Assembly (NCBI RefSeq): GCF_009914755.1
Contig: NC_060942.1
Strand: one strand, 5' to 3'
Source: the human T2T-CHM13v2.0 reference genome, Homo sapiens
DNA length: 64,000 nt
Under the pieces are notes generated by a model that worked only from the letters and a program-made list of their open reading frames with translations, made no database searches and had not been told where the DNA came from. A program made the position numbers and the translations under genes. This document shows, piece after piece, positions 48,150 to 60,800 of this stretch (within the stretch, counting starts at the first letter, position 1; each line of letters begins with the position of its first letter).

Positions 48150-48590
48150 CAAATGGCCCACAAAGCCAATAATAAACCTGCAGAAATTGAGTGGAATGAT
48201 TGCATTTCCTAAGTGGGGTGGGCGCAGGCGGGGCTGATCGCTTCTGCACCAGCCTCCTTCTTCCTTCCAGGAGTGGGACTGCAGAGGGTGCGGTGCGGGA
48301 GGGCTGGGGGCGGGGCAGCCTGCCCAGGCGGCCCTGTTCCCTTAAAAGTCTCATTAGAACACGTGGAAAACAATTTGCCAGGCCATGTTGCGTCGCCGCT
48401 GCCATGTGCGGTTTGCTGCACATTAAATTCATTATTTTAACAGGTCAATGCCTCTGACAGATATGCATTTGTGAGAGATGAGCACGGCTGCTTCTTTAAT
48501 CCCCATGGATTACTTGGCTCTCCCGAAAAGCGATACCAATGACTTGCAGAGACTTTAATCCCAATCACTCCAGACTGTTTACAAGGAGTA
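48150..48590. promoter_or_regulatory. CNE-like enhancer block (CpG-enriched, GC box, E-box, K50 homeodomain sites)
   Basis: GGGGCGGGG at ~48307, CACGTG at 48360, TGACAG, and TAATCC/GGATTA x3 (48497, 48507, 48556); ends in A19. Confidence 0.5.
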
Positions 48591-49714
48591 AAAAAAAAAA
48601 AAAAAAAAGATGGTCAAGGGGGCTGAGGCTCAGACTTGGCGGGTGCTGGCAGCAGCAGGGACACGGGGGGGGGGAAGCTGGGCACCCTGGGTGAAGCCCA
48701 CCATGGCAGCAGCATAGAGCGCAGTCTGGCGGGAGCCTGAGGAAGAAGGCCCTTGTTCAAATGAAGGCTTCTCCTCTCATCAGCTGGACGTGGGGCTTGC
48801 CTCCTCCAACCCAAAGCAGATGTGCAGGATTGCTGGCCTGGGGTAGGAGGTGGAGGGGTTCTGGGGTGGCCTCCTGAACACATTCTTGTTCTTCTGTAAA
48901 GTTTTCAATAGCCCAGGCAGGAAATAGCACAGGTGGCTATGGTGGTGAACAACAGGGGCCCCCTCCCAATGGACTCCCATAGGCAAAAACACCCAACTCG
49001 CCAAACCCAGCTCTCCCCAGGGCTGCATGGGGGATTTGCTCTGTGGACTGTTCTAGACCTTTTCTGGATCTGTTGATGTCCACAGTTGGGTCCTTTCGGG
49101 GAACTGTGGGGGAAGCCAACTTGGGCCTGACTCGAGTGTCCTTTCCGTGGCCTCTGGGGACCCTTACAGCCCTGGCCTGTCCCTCTCTGCAGGCTCCCCA
49201 GCCCTGACCCCCAACCTGACCTCATCTCCTCTTGCATGGTTCCCTGCAGGTTCCCCAGCTACATGTGGAGACATCACTCTCTTTGTTTGGCTTTCAAGGG
49301 CTTCCCTTCCTGCTCAAGGCCCTGGGTTACTAGCTCCAGCTGCCATCTTTGGGACCTTCCTCGGCCTTGATCACCTCCTCTCAGTGCTGCTGTTCTCTGC
49401 ACTGAAGGAAGAACAAACAGGCCTCCAGTCCTGCAGAGTTCTCCACATGGTTGATAGATAGACAGGGGATGGCCTGGCACTGAAGACCTGGGTCTCCCAT
49501 ACAATGTTTTGCTGTCCTCCTGGTCCCCAAATATATGCACAACTGGATTTTACTAGGCCAGACTTCTACTGGAGAAAGTGTCTACGGTGTGTGTATGTGT
49601 GCGTGCATGTGCACACCCCGGCATACATGCTTGTGTGCACCTGTTCTATGTGTAGTTTCACCTACCTGCAAGTATGTCTGTCCATGTTCTGGGAGCAGCA
49701 GCTACCTGTCCACT

Positions 49715-49865
49715 GAATGAGTAATTAATTGGTGGGTGGTAAAGCAATTAGCCCTAGAGCTTTCAAAAATAATGAATAAGGGTCCTGTAGATGTCAATAT
49801 TTGAAAATACTAATTTAAGGCCTATTAGCTGAAGCAAATTTTAATTAAACAGGGAATAATCAGGG
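49715..49865. promoter_or_regulatory. Homeodomain-site cluster (CNE-like)
   Basis: TAATTAATTG, CAATTAG, TAATGA, TGTCAA, CTAATTTA and TTAATTAA in 150 bp. Confidence 0.4.
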
Positions 49866-50919
49866 TGATGAGAGGAAAGTAAAAGATTTGGCCAGTGGCT
49901 GAGTCCTCAGGAATGCATGGAGAGGTGAAGGAGGGGGCGGTGTGGAACTGGAGCTTGAACCTGACCGGCTGACATTTGGGTCATGATCCAGGGCAGGCAG
50001 GGGATGAGGGAGGAAGGTGAAGTCACATTCCTGCTCTGGGTCTCTGTAAGGAAGGAGGTGCTAAGCAGAGAGGTTTTTCTATGGGAGTGCATCTTTTGGG
50101 GTGTGGCTGTGTTTCCAAGGGCGTCTACAAGGAGTCACTCCACAGTAGCTGCATCAGAACTCACACATCCAAAGGGGCTGCACCTACTCCAGTACAGCTA
50201 ATGGGACACAAAAGCCTTTGACAGGACTTATGATTTCAGTTTTCCCAAACAGGATCATCGAATTCCCTTTTAGGGAATCTCAGTTATGTACCAACTTTAA
50301 ATCAGCACTCAGAGGAAGATTTACTGTCAGTAGGGTTGTATGAGGCAGGAAGACCTGAAGGAGACTACTGAAGTAGGGCCCCCATGTGTTCTGAGCAGCA
50401 GCCGCCCTGCAGGAGGAAGTGTGCCTGATCCCTCCAGCCCACACCCCGCACTCCCTAGTGGCTGAGAACAGGCCTTCTTTATTTCTGTATCTCTTCCACA
50501 AACATCATTTTGACATCCAGAGGGCACACAGCAAGTGCTTGCTGAACCCAGTGACCCTTCGAGGGCATGGACTGTGTCTTATTCACCTGGGCACCCAGGA
50601 TCTAGAGTGGTGGTTCCCAATAATGTTTGCAGGGGCCTGAGCAATTGCATCGTAGAGGAGGCATGGATGCCCCTTGTCTCTGCTGCCGTATCTTGGTGAG
50701 GGAGTCGTGCTTCCTGCCATGGTAAGGAATATAGGAACACTGGGTGCTTGCTTACTTTATAACAGGGGCTGGGGCCATCGCTGGCTACGTGGGAGGTGTT
50801 CCTCTGAGTACTTGTTCTGAAATGTAGTTCTCTACCTTGACTCCTGACAACCTACCTTCTCTGGTTACAAGGACCCTCTATGGGTGTGGCCAGGAGAGAA
50901 GAGCCTGAAAGCTGGGAAG

Positions 50920-51160
50920 GTGCATGTGTAAGTCTGTGTGTGTGTGTGTTGGGGAGCATGTGTATGTGCCTCTGTGTGTGCTCTGTATGTCTGTGTGCAT
51001 TTTATCTGCCTCTTTGTGTTTGCTGGTGTGTCTGTGTCTGTGTGTGTCTATAGTCTCATTGTGTGTGCATGTCTGTGAGTGTGTATGTGTGCCTATGTGT
51101 GCCAGCGTCTTTGAATACCTGTGTGTTTGCATACATTCTGTGTATGTTTGGGTGTGTCTG
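50920..51160. repeat. Degenerate (TG)n tract
   Basis: Direct read of the sequence. Confidence 0.85.
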
Positions 51161-52880
51161 TTTCATGCAGCATCTGCTGCATGTCTATGTCAGAGGTCTT
51201 GGAGTTTCCAAGTGGGCAGTGCTACCTCATGCAGGGACTGCTTCTTCCCTGGGCCTCAGCTCTAGCAGACACAGGCAAGAACTTCAGCACACACCACTGC
51301 CTCTTTGTTTGGTTATTTATTTATAACCCACTCCATTTAAAAAATGAATTGAGTGGAGATCTTGATGAGGCTAGGGCTTCCGTTTGGCCTTGCGCAGGGG
51401 CTCTCCTCTACAGCCTATTGAGGAAAATAGAACAACCTCATCATCTCTTCTTAGGACTGATCCCTACGGAAGACCCCACACTTGGGCCTCATCCTGCCCT
51501 GCCTGACTCCTGTGTCAGGCACACACCTGCACTTCCTGCCTCCCACTTAGCTGCTCCAATCCCTGCTCAGCTCCAATCTGTCTCCTGACTCTGAAGCAGG
51601 AAGTCCAGGCCAGCTAGTTCCTCCTACTGGCCACGCCCTTTGTCTCAGGCACCTCCTCCTTCAGCATCTTTCCCTAGGAACAGTGCGGCTCTCACTGCCC
51701 ACTTCTCTCTTGGCCACCCCTCTTGGGGGAGGTAGACCTTGGCTCTGTACCCTGCCATCCGCCACCCCACCTCAGCCTGAGCTGACTTTGTGGGCAGGAA
51801 CCACACAGCCTCCTGCCCAGTTCCATGCCTCCCACCTTTGCAGCTGAGCACGGACTGGGGACCCCATCCACTCAGTCAATGCTGGTGGAATTGCAAGTTG
51901 CATAATAACCTGGGGCCCCTTGGAAACTTTTCATCTCAACACGAAGACTGATTAAATAGCAACAAAAATAAATTATGTATACACAGAGTTGTAAAAGCAC
52001 CCAGAGACTGGAGACTTGGGGTCTGTGCCTCATATAAATGCAAATACTGTAATAGCATTGCAGTGGGCCCTCCACCCCCACTCCACACAAACCTCGGGGC
52101 AGGGAGGGTGAAGCCAGCAAGGATGGTGTGTAGCGCAGTAACAGGCTAGAGCCTGCTGGGGCTTTAAACAAAACCTAAAGCCAGGCACAAGCCCAACCCA
52201 GCACAGAAACGACCAGATAACTGAGGTTTAGGGCCTGGTTTTTGCAAATGACAGGCTGCAGAAGCAGTGTGTGCATCTAGCTTCCTCTGAGCAGAATGGG
52301 GGGAGCACTGAGCAGGGCACCCCTAAGTTGCTGTCAGATGCCTCCTCCTGGCTCGGGCCCCCTGGTAGCTAAGGAAGTGGCCTGTCAGGCCCCCTCTAGT
52401 TGTGTCTCCCAGGGCTGAGCAAAGTGCACTCCCACCCCAGGGGAAGTGCTTGCTCCTTCTCCTTACCCCATGGGGATCTGGCACATTAGCAGGTCTCACT
52501 TGGTCTGGAGGTGGCGCTGGTGCTTTTTATAGCTGTAGGTGTCTCTGGGTAAGGCCGCCTCCCCCACACTCCCATCCATTGCCTGCTTCTTCCCTCCCAC
52601 AACCCTGGTCTGGGGAACTTGGCCTTAGGCCTGGCTGCTGGGTTAGGCTTGGGTCCTGGGGCAAGTATAGGGAGGAAAGGACTCTAGGTGCTGCTGTGGT
52701 TGGGTGTTGTGGGTGAGCCAGAGGTGAGGATGGGCCGCTGAGCCCTCCTTGCTCTCCTCTGTCTGGGGACAGCTCTGTTGCTTGACTGTGCCATCTAGTT
52801 CACTCCCTGGCGTACAGTAGGTGCCTAATTAAAACTGACCAACTGACTGATTAAAAAGTCATTATGCCGAAAACAATTGC

Positions 52881-52940
52881 TTCTTTTCCTGGAGGTCTTA
52901 TCATCTCATCTTCTTTTCCTGGTGGGCTTATCATCTCCTC
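52881..52940. repeat. 30-bp tandem duplication
   Basis: ttcttttcctggaggtcttatcatctcatc / ttcttttcctggtgggcttatcatctcctc. Confidence 0.9.
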
Positions 52941-52980
52941 ATTTTTGTGTTCTTTTGCTATTACACAGCCACTTTCTCCT

Positions 52981-53295
52981 TTCTTTCCTTTTTTTTTTTT
53001 TTTTTTTTTTTTGAGATGGAGTCTTGTTCTGTCGCCCAGGCTGGAGCGCAGTGGTGCAATCTCAGCTCACTGCAAGCTCCGCCTCCCAGGTTCATGCCAT
53101 TCTCCTGCCTCAGCCTCCTGAGTAGCTGGGACTACAGGCGCCCGCCACCACGCCCAGCTAATTATTTTTATATTTTTAGTAGAGACGGGGTTTCACCATG
53201 TTAGCCGGGATGGTCTTGATCTCCTGACCTCGTGATCTGCCCGCCTCGGCCTCCCAAAGTGCTGGGATTACAGGCGTGAGCCACTGCACCTGGCC
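52981..53295 (-). mobile_element. AluY
   Basis: ctgcaagctccgcctcccaggttcatgccattctcc, ggcgcccgccaccacg, ttagccgggatggtc; long poly-T; TSD-like ctttctcc flanks. Confidence 0.97.
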
Positions 53296-53464
53296 CTTTC
53301 TCTCCTTCTAAGTTATGTGAAAACTCAATAAGCCACAGTCACCATATTAAAATTAAATTGTTAAACTTCCCTGGCAGTTGAGCACAGGACTTTAGGTTTT
53401 TCAAAATGTCACTGTATTAACTCTCATCTCATCCTCCAAATGCATCTGCAAGGCCGTCTGGGCA

Positions 53465-53560
53465 GGTACCAGCATGCCCAATCTACAGATAAGGAAACTG
53501 AGGTCCCAGGAGGCAGCTTGTCTATGCCCACATAATTAAGCCCCTGAGTCCTTGGCTTTC
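53465..53560 (-). mobile_element. MIR fragment
   Basis: tacagataaggaaactgaggtcccag. Confidence 0.75.
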
Positions 53561-55069
53561 GTTCTGTGGAAAAGCTGTAAAAGCGTGAAATAGGTCCCCC
53601 CACCTTGAACACTTAATTTTCCACTGATTGCAAGGAGTGTGAGGCATGAAAGATGCCTGTCTATTGCTGTCTCTGGGCCTGAGCTGGGAGGCTGTGAGGC
53701 TGGGAGCCCTGGCAGCCTAGCTTTGGGTCCCACCTGGTCCTCTCTTTGGATTCACTCCTGCTGGGTCCTTAGCCTCCAGATCAAACACACTGGCTGAGAA
53801 GCAGCCAGCACTGATGGCCTCTGCCCCTCAGGTGGATCCCACCTTCTCTTCTGTGCAGCAGAAGGGGTGCTGTTGTGAGGGCCACCCGCCAATGTGGGGG
53901 CACAGGCTCCAGAGGCCCGGAGACTGGTTTCCATCTGAGGAGGCCCCCAACTCCCAGCACATCCCACCTGGGCCCAGAGGGGGAGCTTGGAGGTGGGATG
54001 GGAAAGAGGACATTTGTTCTACTGATTTATTTGAAAAGACCAAATTAGAGAAATAAGAGAACAACAGATAGGAGAAATCATGGTAGGCACACTATCCTTC
54101 AACTTTATAAACAACAAAGACAATGAACGCTGCACCCGGACCAAGCAAAGCAAATCCTGGGGGCAGAGAGATTGGGGAGAGCTGTAAGATGCCAAGCAAA
54201 GATGTTTGAAATGAAAGATGCGCAGGAGAATACAACATATTCTCACTCATGTGGTTTGGCAAAAATGTCTGCAAGGACCTCATCATGTGACCATCTCATA
54301 GCTGAGAACAGAGAAGCTGCTTCCTGTTTCAGGGCTAGTGGCATTATTCAAGGCAGGGACCTGGAGAGGCCAGCACTGCTGCCCTGGAGACCTGGCCAGT
54401 GCCTCACATTTACTGTTTTCTACCCTCCTCAACATTCTCCTCTTTCAGGAAGCCTTCTTGGATTGAGCTCCTACCTTGAATAACTTTCTTACTATGCTCT
54501 CTCAGCTCCTTCATCCTCTTTCTATTTCATGCTCTTTTGATTTGCTCCTGGTCAGAAGTGAGCTTGCAGTACCAGCAGGCTTCTAATGCCTGTCTCCTGT
54601 CCCAATCCACGGTATGCGCAACACAGGAATCTTATTGCCACACACACCTATCTCCAACATGATACAAAACCAATGAGTGGATTGAACGCCTGTGGGAGGT
54701 GAGCAGTGAGGGAAAGTGTGGCTAGGATGTGCCCATGAGTGGGGTGCTGCCCCGTTCACCTCTCTTAAGTTCAGTGCCTCCTACAATGGCCCCCTCTTCC
54801 CCAAGAAGTGACTGTGTCCCTAGGAACGTGAGAGCCAGAAAGCACTTATGGGATCATTTGGGCCCACCCCTTTTTTTGCACAGATAAAGTGACTATGGGC
54901 CTGCCTAGGGAAGGAGCTGTTTCAGACCTCTCCATGGTTAAAGGTGGCCTGGGGACACTGCAGCCTGATGTCCCATGCCCTGCTCTTGCCAATACAATGC
55001 AGCAGTTGATGTCTTCTCTGTGGGGTCATCATTCTTTTATTGTACATTTTTCTGGCCCCCAACTACACT

Positions 55070-55160
55070 GAATGTTGCTTGAGGACAAGGATTTTATCTC
55101 TGCCTCTCTGTGCCCCTACGGTGTTCAGCACAGCACAGAGCACACGGTAGGCAAATGATG
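55070..55160 (+). mobile_element. L2 3' end
   Basis: cttgaggacaaggattttatct...cagcacagagcacacggtaggc. Confidence 0.6.
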
Positions 55161-57954
55161 GTGCTATTAACATGAGAACCATTTTCGTTTGAGCTTTTGT
55201 TTTTGGGAGTTATCTCAAAGTGCCAGGTCGGGGCCACGATTGTCCTTGTCTTGGAGCATCTTGTCACTGGCCAAGCATGGAATGGGGTCACCTGGCAAGT
55301 GAGGAGCTCCCTGTGGGGAGGAGTATGTAAGCAGACGGGGAGAAGGTTCTGAGAGTGAGTCTGAGGATGGACCACCTCTTAGGTGGTCTCTAAGTCTTCA
55401 CGATTCTGTCACTTGGAGAATGAAAGGAGACGCAGGGAGGTAGACTGGGTGGCAGTGTCTGGAGCCTGGGAAGATGGCTTGCCTTGTGGCAACCAGTCTT
55501 TGAGACTGGCTAGCTCCCTAGACCTCAAAATCCCTACAAGAGGCAGAGTTTGGAAGTGTTTATTTTTATTTATTTAGTTATTCTTCCCACACCCAGGCCT
55601 GTGTGGCAGAAGTTTTTAAACAGAGAAATCTTAGTTGAGTGCTCCCTACACCTAAGGCCCTACAGGCATCTGGGTGCCAAGGGCCGGACTAACAGGGCTT
55701 GGTATCTGATGCTGGTGAGCTGATCGCTTTGTTGGGGAGACGGGAAGCTGCACATAAACTCTGAAACAGAAACCATAAAAAGTAAATTAATACTCCAAGA
55801 GTTAACTAATAGTTCAGAATAAAAAGAGAAGCAATGTTTCAAGGCCCTACACGATTAGCTGCCCAATGAGGAGTACAGACAATGAGGGTTTGGGTTACTC
55901 TGAGGAGAAAGCACCCACCTCAGGCTGCTGGGCTCATGGAAAGCCCCGGAGGCTGGTTTCTGGCATTTTTGGTCTATTAACTGCTGTTGTGACCACTGAA
56001 ATTTGACTTCCAAGGACCGGAAGCCCAGAGCTAATTCTGCGGCTTGTTGGTCAGGGGCTGATACCAGTCACCTTCATGGGGCAAAAGCGCTTCAGTGGCC
56101 CCTGTCTAAAACAGGGGGCTGTGCCATCATTTCCCCTGCCCAACCTCCTCTGGGAGTGAGGTGCAGCCACCTTATTACACCAGCGAAGAGCAGCGAGGAG
56201 ATGGAAGAGAGCCGGGGGTTTGCTGTGCCACCCCTCCCTGGTGGGGTGAATGAGCAGCTGCACCAGGAACCAGGGCCTTTCGGGTTGCATGGGGATTGGC
56301 CTTACAGCAGCCACTCTGTTGATGTCAGGAGGCCACAGATGCGATCAGTAAATACCTAGGGCAGCCTGCCTGTCCCACGGCCCTTTCAGTGTAGGGAGTA
56401 GGGAGGAGAATCTGGTCTCCTCGCCAACTCCCCAAGTCCTCCCAGTGTTTGATTTGCGATGTTGCTCCTAAGTACACCCTCAAACACCTTCCTCCTGCAC
56501 CCCCTCCTTTTCCCAGTTGAAGCCCTGAGCAGGGAAAATGGGCATCTTGTCTTCCCTATTGCAGGGGGAAATTCAGATCTTTTGACTACCCCCTCCAAAA
56601 CTCTTGGGGGAGAAAAATGGCAAGTCCACAGGAGCGGGGGATCCAGGGGATGTAGGGAGGTCACCTGCCCACTCTAGTAACTGTTCTCTTCCAGCCCCTG
56701 TCTGGGCTTCCCTGGGTTCCCCTTTGGGGGTAGAGAACCCAGGGAAAGGTGATCCTTGCCACATCCCACTTCCTAGGACTCACTACTCTGACCTGACTGT
56801 GAACAAACCCCGTTTTTTAGCTCAGCTGAGACAGGTGGAATTTTTCCAGTTCTACTTTCTCTGTGGGAATCTAGAAGCCACAAAGATTACATATCTTGCA
56901 GGAGGCCCAGGGCTTGTTTGGCTGACCTGTGACCAGCCTGCAGCCCATTCCCCAGCCTGTCTGGTGTCCATGTGCACATGTGTGTGTGTGCACGTGTGTC
57001 TTGGGTGTGTCTGACATGTTGCTGCCCTGCTGTCAATGGTTCTAGTCTGGGTCTGGGGTGGGGCTGCCCCTTTTGGCTCCTAGCACCTCTCTTCAGGCTT
57101 CAGCTCTCTTGACCACTGAGTTTCTCTCTCTTGCTTAGGGTCTCTGATCCCCAGTTTTCTTTGCAGAGCAGACTGAGACAACTGCCAGGTTTTGAACTTA
57201 ACAAATGATCAAGCTCTTCTCAGCTCAGGATCTCAGCAACACCCACTTCCCTGGATTCTCTGCAATGATTCATCACTCAGGTGCCTTCTTCCTGCCCCCA
57301 CCTCATCACGTCCCAACAAGGCACTGGCTCCCAGGCGACTCTCAGCAGGGGAGGCTGCACCCTGTCAGTTCAGCCTCAGTTGACACCCCAGTCCTCAGCA
57401 CTGTAGCCCACCCTAGCGTGTCTTCCAGAGAGGGTCAGAGCCCCGTAGGATGCCACATCCCCAGGCAGAGCCTGGCAAGACCCCAGACCTTGAGAGAGCC
57501 TATAGGGAGGAGAAGAGGTGAACTAGTGGATATGAGGAATAAACCCAGGACAGAGTGGTGTCTCCCTAGGGTTACAGATTGGAGCAGGTGGTGGGCACTC
57601 CAGGACCCCCGCTGCAGGGCCCGCACCTCTCTGCTCACCTCTCTAGGGAGGGGTGAGCTGGAGGCAGCAGGAATGACTTCACATTTTTGTTGCTGTAGCT
57701 GCTGGGCTGAAAATAGTCCTTTCTCGGGCAGGCTGGCTCAGGGTGTGAAAAGCTCCGTTCCCAGGGAGCGGCAGGAACCAGCCAGGGAGAAAAATTAACC
57801 ACAGGCCTGGCGCTGGCTCGCTTAAGAGAAGAGCGTGGCTCAACTCTCCAGCACTGTATACCGATACGTTTGTTTAAGACGGTAACCACGAACTCGGGAG
57901 CAGTTCGAGATGCCCTCAAATGCTCCCTCATTCAGACAGCATCTGCAGGCACAC

Positions 57955-58160
57955 CGGTTACCATTTCCTGAGGGCTTCCTGCCCGGGGTGCTGTGCTAAA
58001 AGCTCCTCGCCTTGCAGTGTCTTATCCTCTAGAGACCCTGGACAGAGCTGGTATCATATTCATTACACAGATGTGGAAACTGAGGCTGGGGTAAATCAAG
58101 CAGGCTGCCTAGGGTCACACAGCAAGAAGCTGCAGAGGGGGGATCAAGAGCCAGGGCTGA
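57955..58160 (-). mobile_element. MIR
   Basis: cattacacagatgtggaaactgaggct...ctgcctagggtcacacagcaagaag. Confidence 0.8.
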
Positions 58161-59454
58161 CCTCTGCCCTCTGGGGGAGTTTCTGTTATTCCTGTTTGCT
58201 TAGGGGGACAGGTGGCCCCAGCACTTCCCTGGCAAGCAGCTCAGGCTATACAGAGGCTTTGGTTCTTCACTTCCTAGGCTGCCTGCTCAGGAGAACACAC
58301 AATTCAGAAACTGTTCCTGCAGCCCTTTGAAGGGATGGTCAGAAATAGAGGCGCCTTCTCCCCATGTTGGAGGGAATGGCTGGGGCTAGAGGGAAGTCGG
58401 GGCACTTCTGTACCTCTGCCCAGGAGCCCCAGAATCTAAACTCCCACATCAGTGTGATCACAGGGAGCTTGTCTATTCCCAGCACAATTCCCAACCTTCA
58501 TTTCCACCCAAAAGTACACCAGATAATTAAGTCTCTCTCAGGCCTCCTCAATATAATGCAGATTAATTTATTATTTAAATCTGAGTAGAATATTAGCTCA
58601 TTGTCTTAATAGTTCTGATAATGGGGGGAGCACAGGATAGAAATCCTCTCACTCACCCCCTCCCCAGCCAGAATGGAAAGACCCCAGGGGCTTGTCAGGC
58701 AGCTGGCAGAGTGGCTGCATGCAGCATAGCTGGGAGCCAGGCTCCCCAGTGGGTGGCAGGTGGCTACAAGTGTGTACCTCCAAATTGACTCTCAATGCAG
58801 GCCCCACCTTGAGCTCTGCCTGCCCCACCCCATGCCCAAGAAAGAAAGAAGAATGAGAAGGCAGGAGAAGCAGGAACCAGAAGCAATTTCCCAAGCTGGA
58901 GGCTGCTGGGAGACCCCTCCTCCTGGTTGATGGGGACTGGGTGAGGATGGGCAAGCACACTGGTGCCAAGGTCCTAGTGTCAGGGGCCCTGCACTCTGAG
59001 AGCCGGGAAGCCTTTCAGCATTGCAGTCTTCCCTTCTCAGAAATGGTTCTGGGGATATAGATATCTTCACCAAACGATCCAGAGAGCACTTTTGGTGGGG
59101 TTGGTTGTGGGGGAGATACTATGGAAACTGGGGGAATGGGGGCATAAATGGTCTTGGCTTGGCCAGCACTCTGCTTCCCCACTCCCACCCATCTTGTGTC
59201 CTGGAGGACCAAGGTAAGGCATTAGAGTGGCTGCCGTCTCTTCCTGTGATGCACACTTCTTCCCCATAAAGGATCTCTGGCGAGGACACATCCAGGCAGG
59301 TGGGCAGAGGAGTTGTCCTGGCTGCCTCTATTTCCCAGTAGAGTTGTCTTCTCAGCCTCCTGATCTCCACAGCCAGAGACAGAGATAATGAGAACTTTAA
59401 CAGTCAGAATACACATCAGCACTGGGAGCTGTGGACCTTCCAGCTAAGTGCCTC

Positions 59455-59823
59455 TGTTAAGGACTTGACGTTTGTGTCCCCCTGCCACCCAAATTCTTAT
59501 GTTGAAACCTGTATTGGGAGGTGGGGCCTTTGGGAGATTAATTAGGTGTAGATGAGGTCAGGAAGGTGAGGCCCTCATGATGAGATTAGTTAGTGTCCTT
59601 AACAGAATAGAAAGAGACCAGAGCTCAGTCTCCCTCCAACATGAAAGGACATAGCAAGAAGGCGGCTGTCTGCAAGCCCAGAAAAGAGCCCTCACCAGAC
59701 ACTGAATCTGCTAGCACCTTGATTTTGGACTTCCCAGCCCCCAGAACTGTGAGAAATAATTGTCTTGTTTGTATGCCCCTCAGTCTGTGGTTTTTGGTAT
59801 GGCAGCCCAAGTTGCCTAAGACA
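59455..59823 (+). mobile_element. MaLR solo LTR (MLT1A/MLT1A0-like)
   Basis: TG...tgtccccc...aaattcttatgttgaaacc...ggaggtggggcctttgggag...ggacttcccagcccccagaactgtgagaaataa...ctaagaCA; TSD gcctc/acctc. Confidence 0.92.
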
Positions 59824-60689
59824 ACCTCACTATGCTGATGTGGAGACTGAAGCCTGAAAGGTCAAGTGATTGACTGTCAGTGAAGAGTGGGTTGGTTCCA
59901 GACTAAATGATGTGACTGGTGTTCCAGATGTCAGTGTTAACCCTTGAAATGGACCGAGTATCCATGGTGGGGCAAGGGGCTTGGCAAGGCAGGATGAAGG
60001 TATGTAGAAGACTGGGATGTGATCCTGTGCCCAGGATGCTGACAGAGTAGATAGAGTAGATACAGTTTAAGCAGCTGTCCTGACAGATGAGGACACTGAG
60101 ACCCAGGGTTGGTAGCAGGAGGGGCTGGCACCCTACCTCTCAATGTCGTGCACCCTACCATGTTTGAAGCTTCCCTGGCTGCATCCTAACTTTGGAATAG
60201 TGGTTCAGGGTCATGTTTACCCTGGTGCCTTCCAGGTCTGGAGTGGTGCAGGAGCCGTTGGCACAGAAGGTACTGAATCCAGCCAGAAAAAATATACGGG
60301 ACACATCGTGTGGCTGTGGTTTCTTCACACCATCCAGTCATACAGCTGGCAATTAATTTCCCCTATAAATGAAACACCTTTCATATCACTTTATCTAGAG
60401 AGCTTGAATTGACAGCCGCGGGTGTAATTTATACATACTTTTTACCCATCTGTTAGCATTCAGGCTTCAGGCTGCTTGCATTTTTTTTTCTTCAATTCTC
60501 TCCCCAAATTGAAAGGATTAGGTTAGGATTAGGTAAGTGTTTTAACCAGATATTCAGAAAGATGGATGGCAATATTTCCAGATGGCTAATGCCCAGGGGA
60601 GGCCTCACACAATGGTGGCCAGGTGGGGCTCAGTGATCTGGGAAATTGCCTCCACCTGAGAGCCCAGCAGCCTCCTCAGTCCTGATGCT

Positions 60690-60800
60690 GGAACTGCAGA
60701 GGGCCCCAGGGACTCTCCAGGCCCGCCCCTTCATTTTACAGATGAGAAAACTGAGGCCCAGAGAAGCAAAGGGACTCTCACTAGGTTTTGCAGCTGGCCA
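60690..60800 (-). mobile_element. MIR/MIR3 fragment
   Basis: ttcattttacagatgagaaaactgaggcccagaga. Confidence 0.8.
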
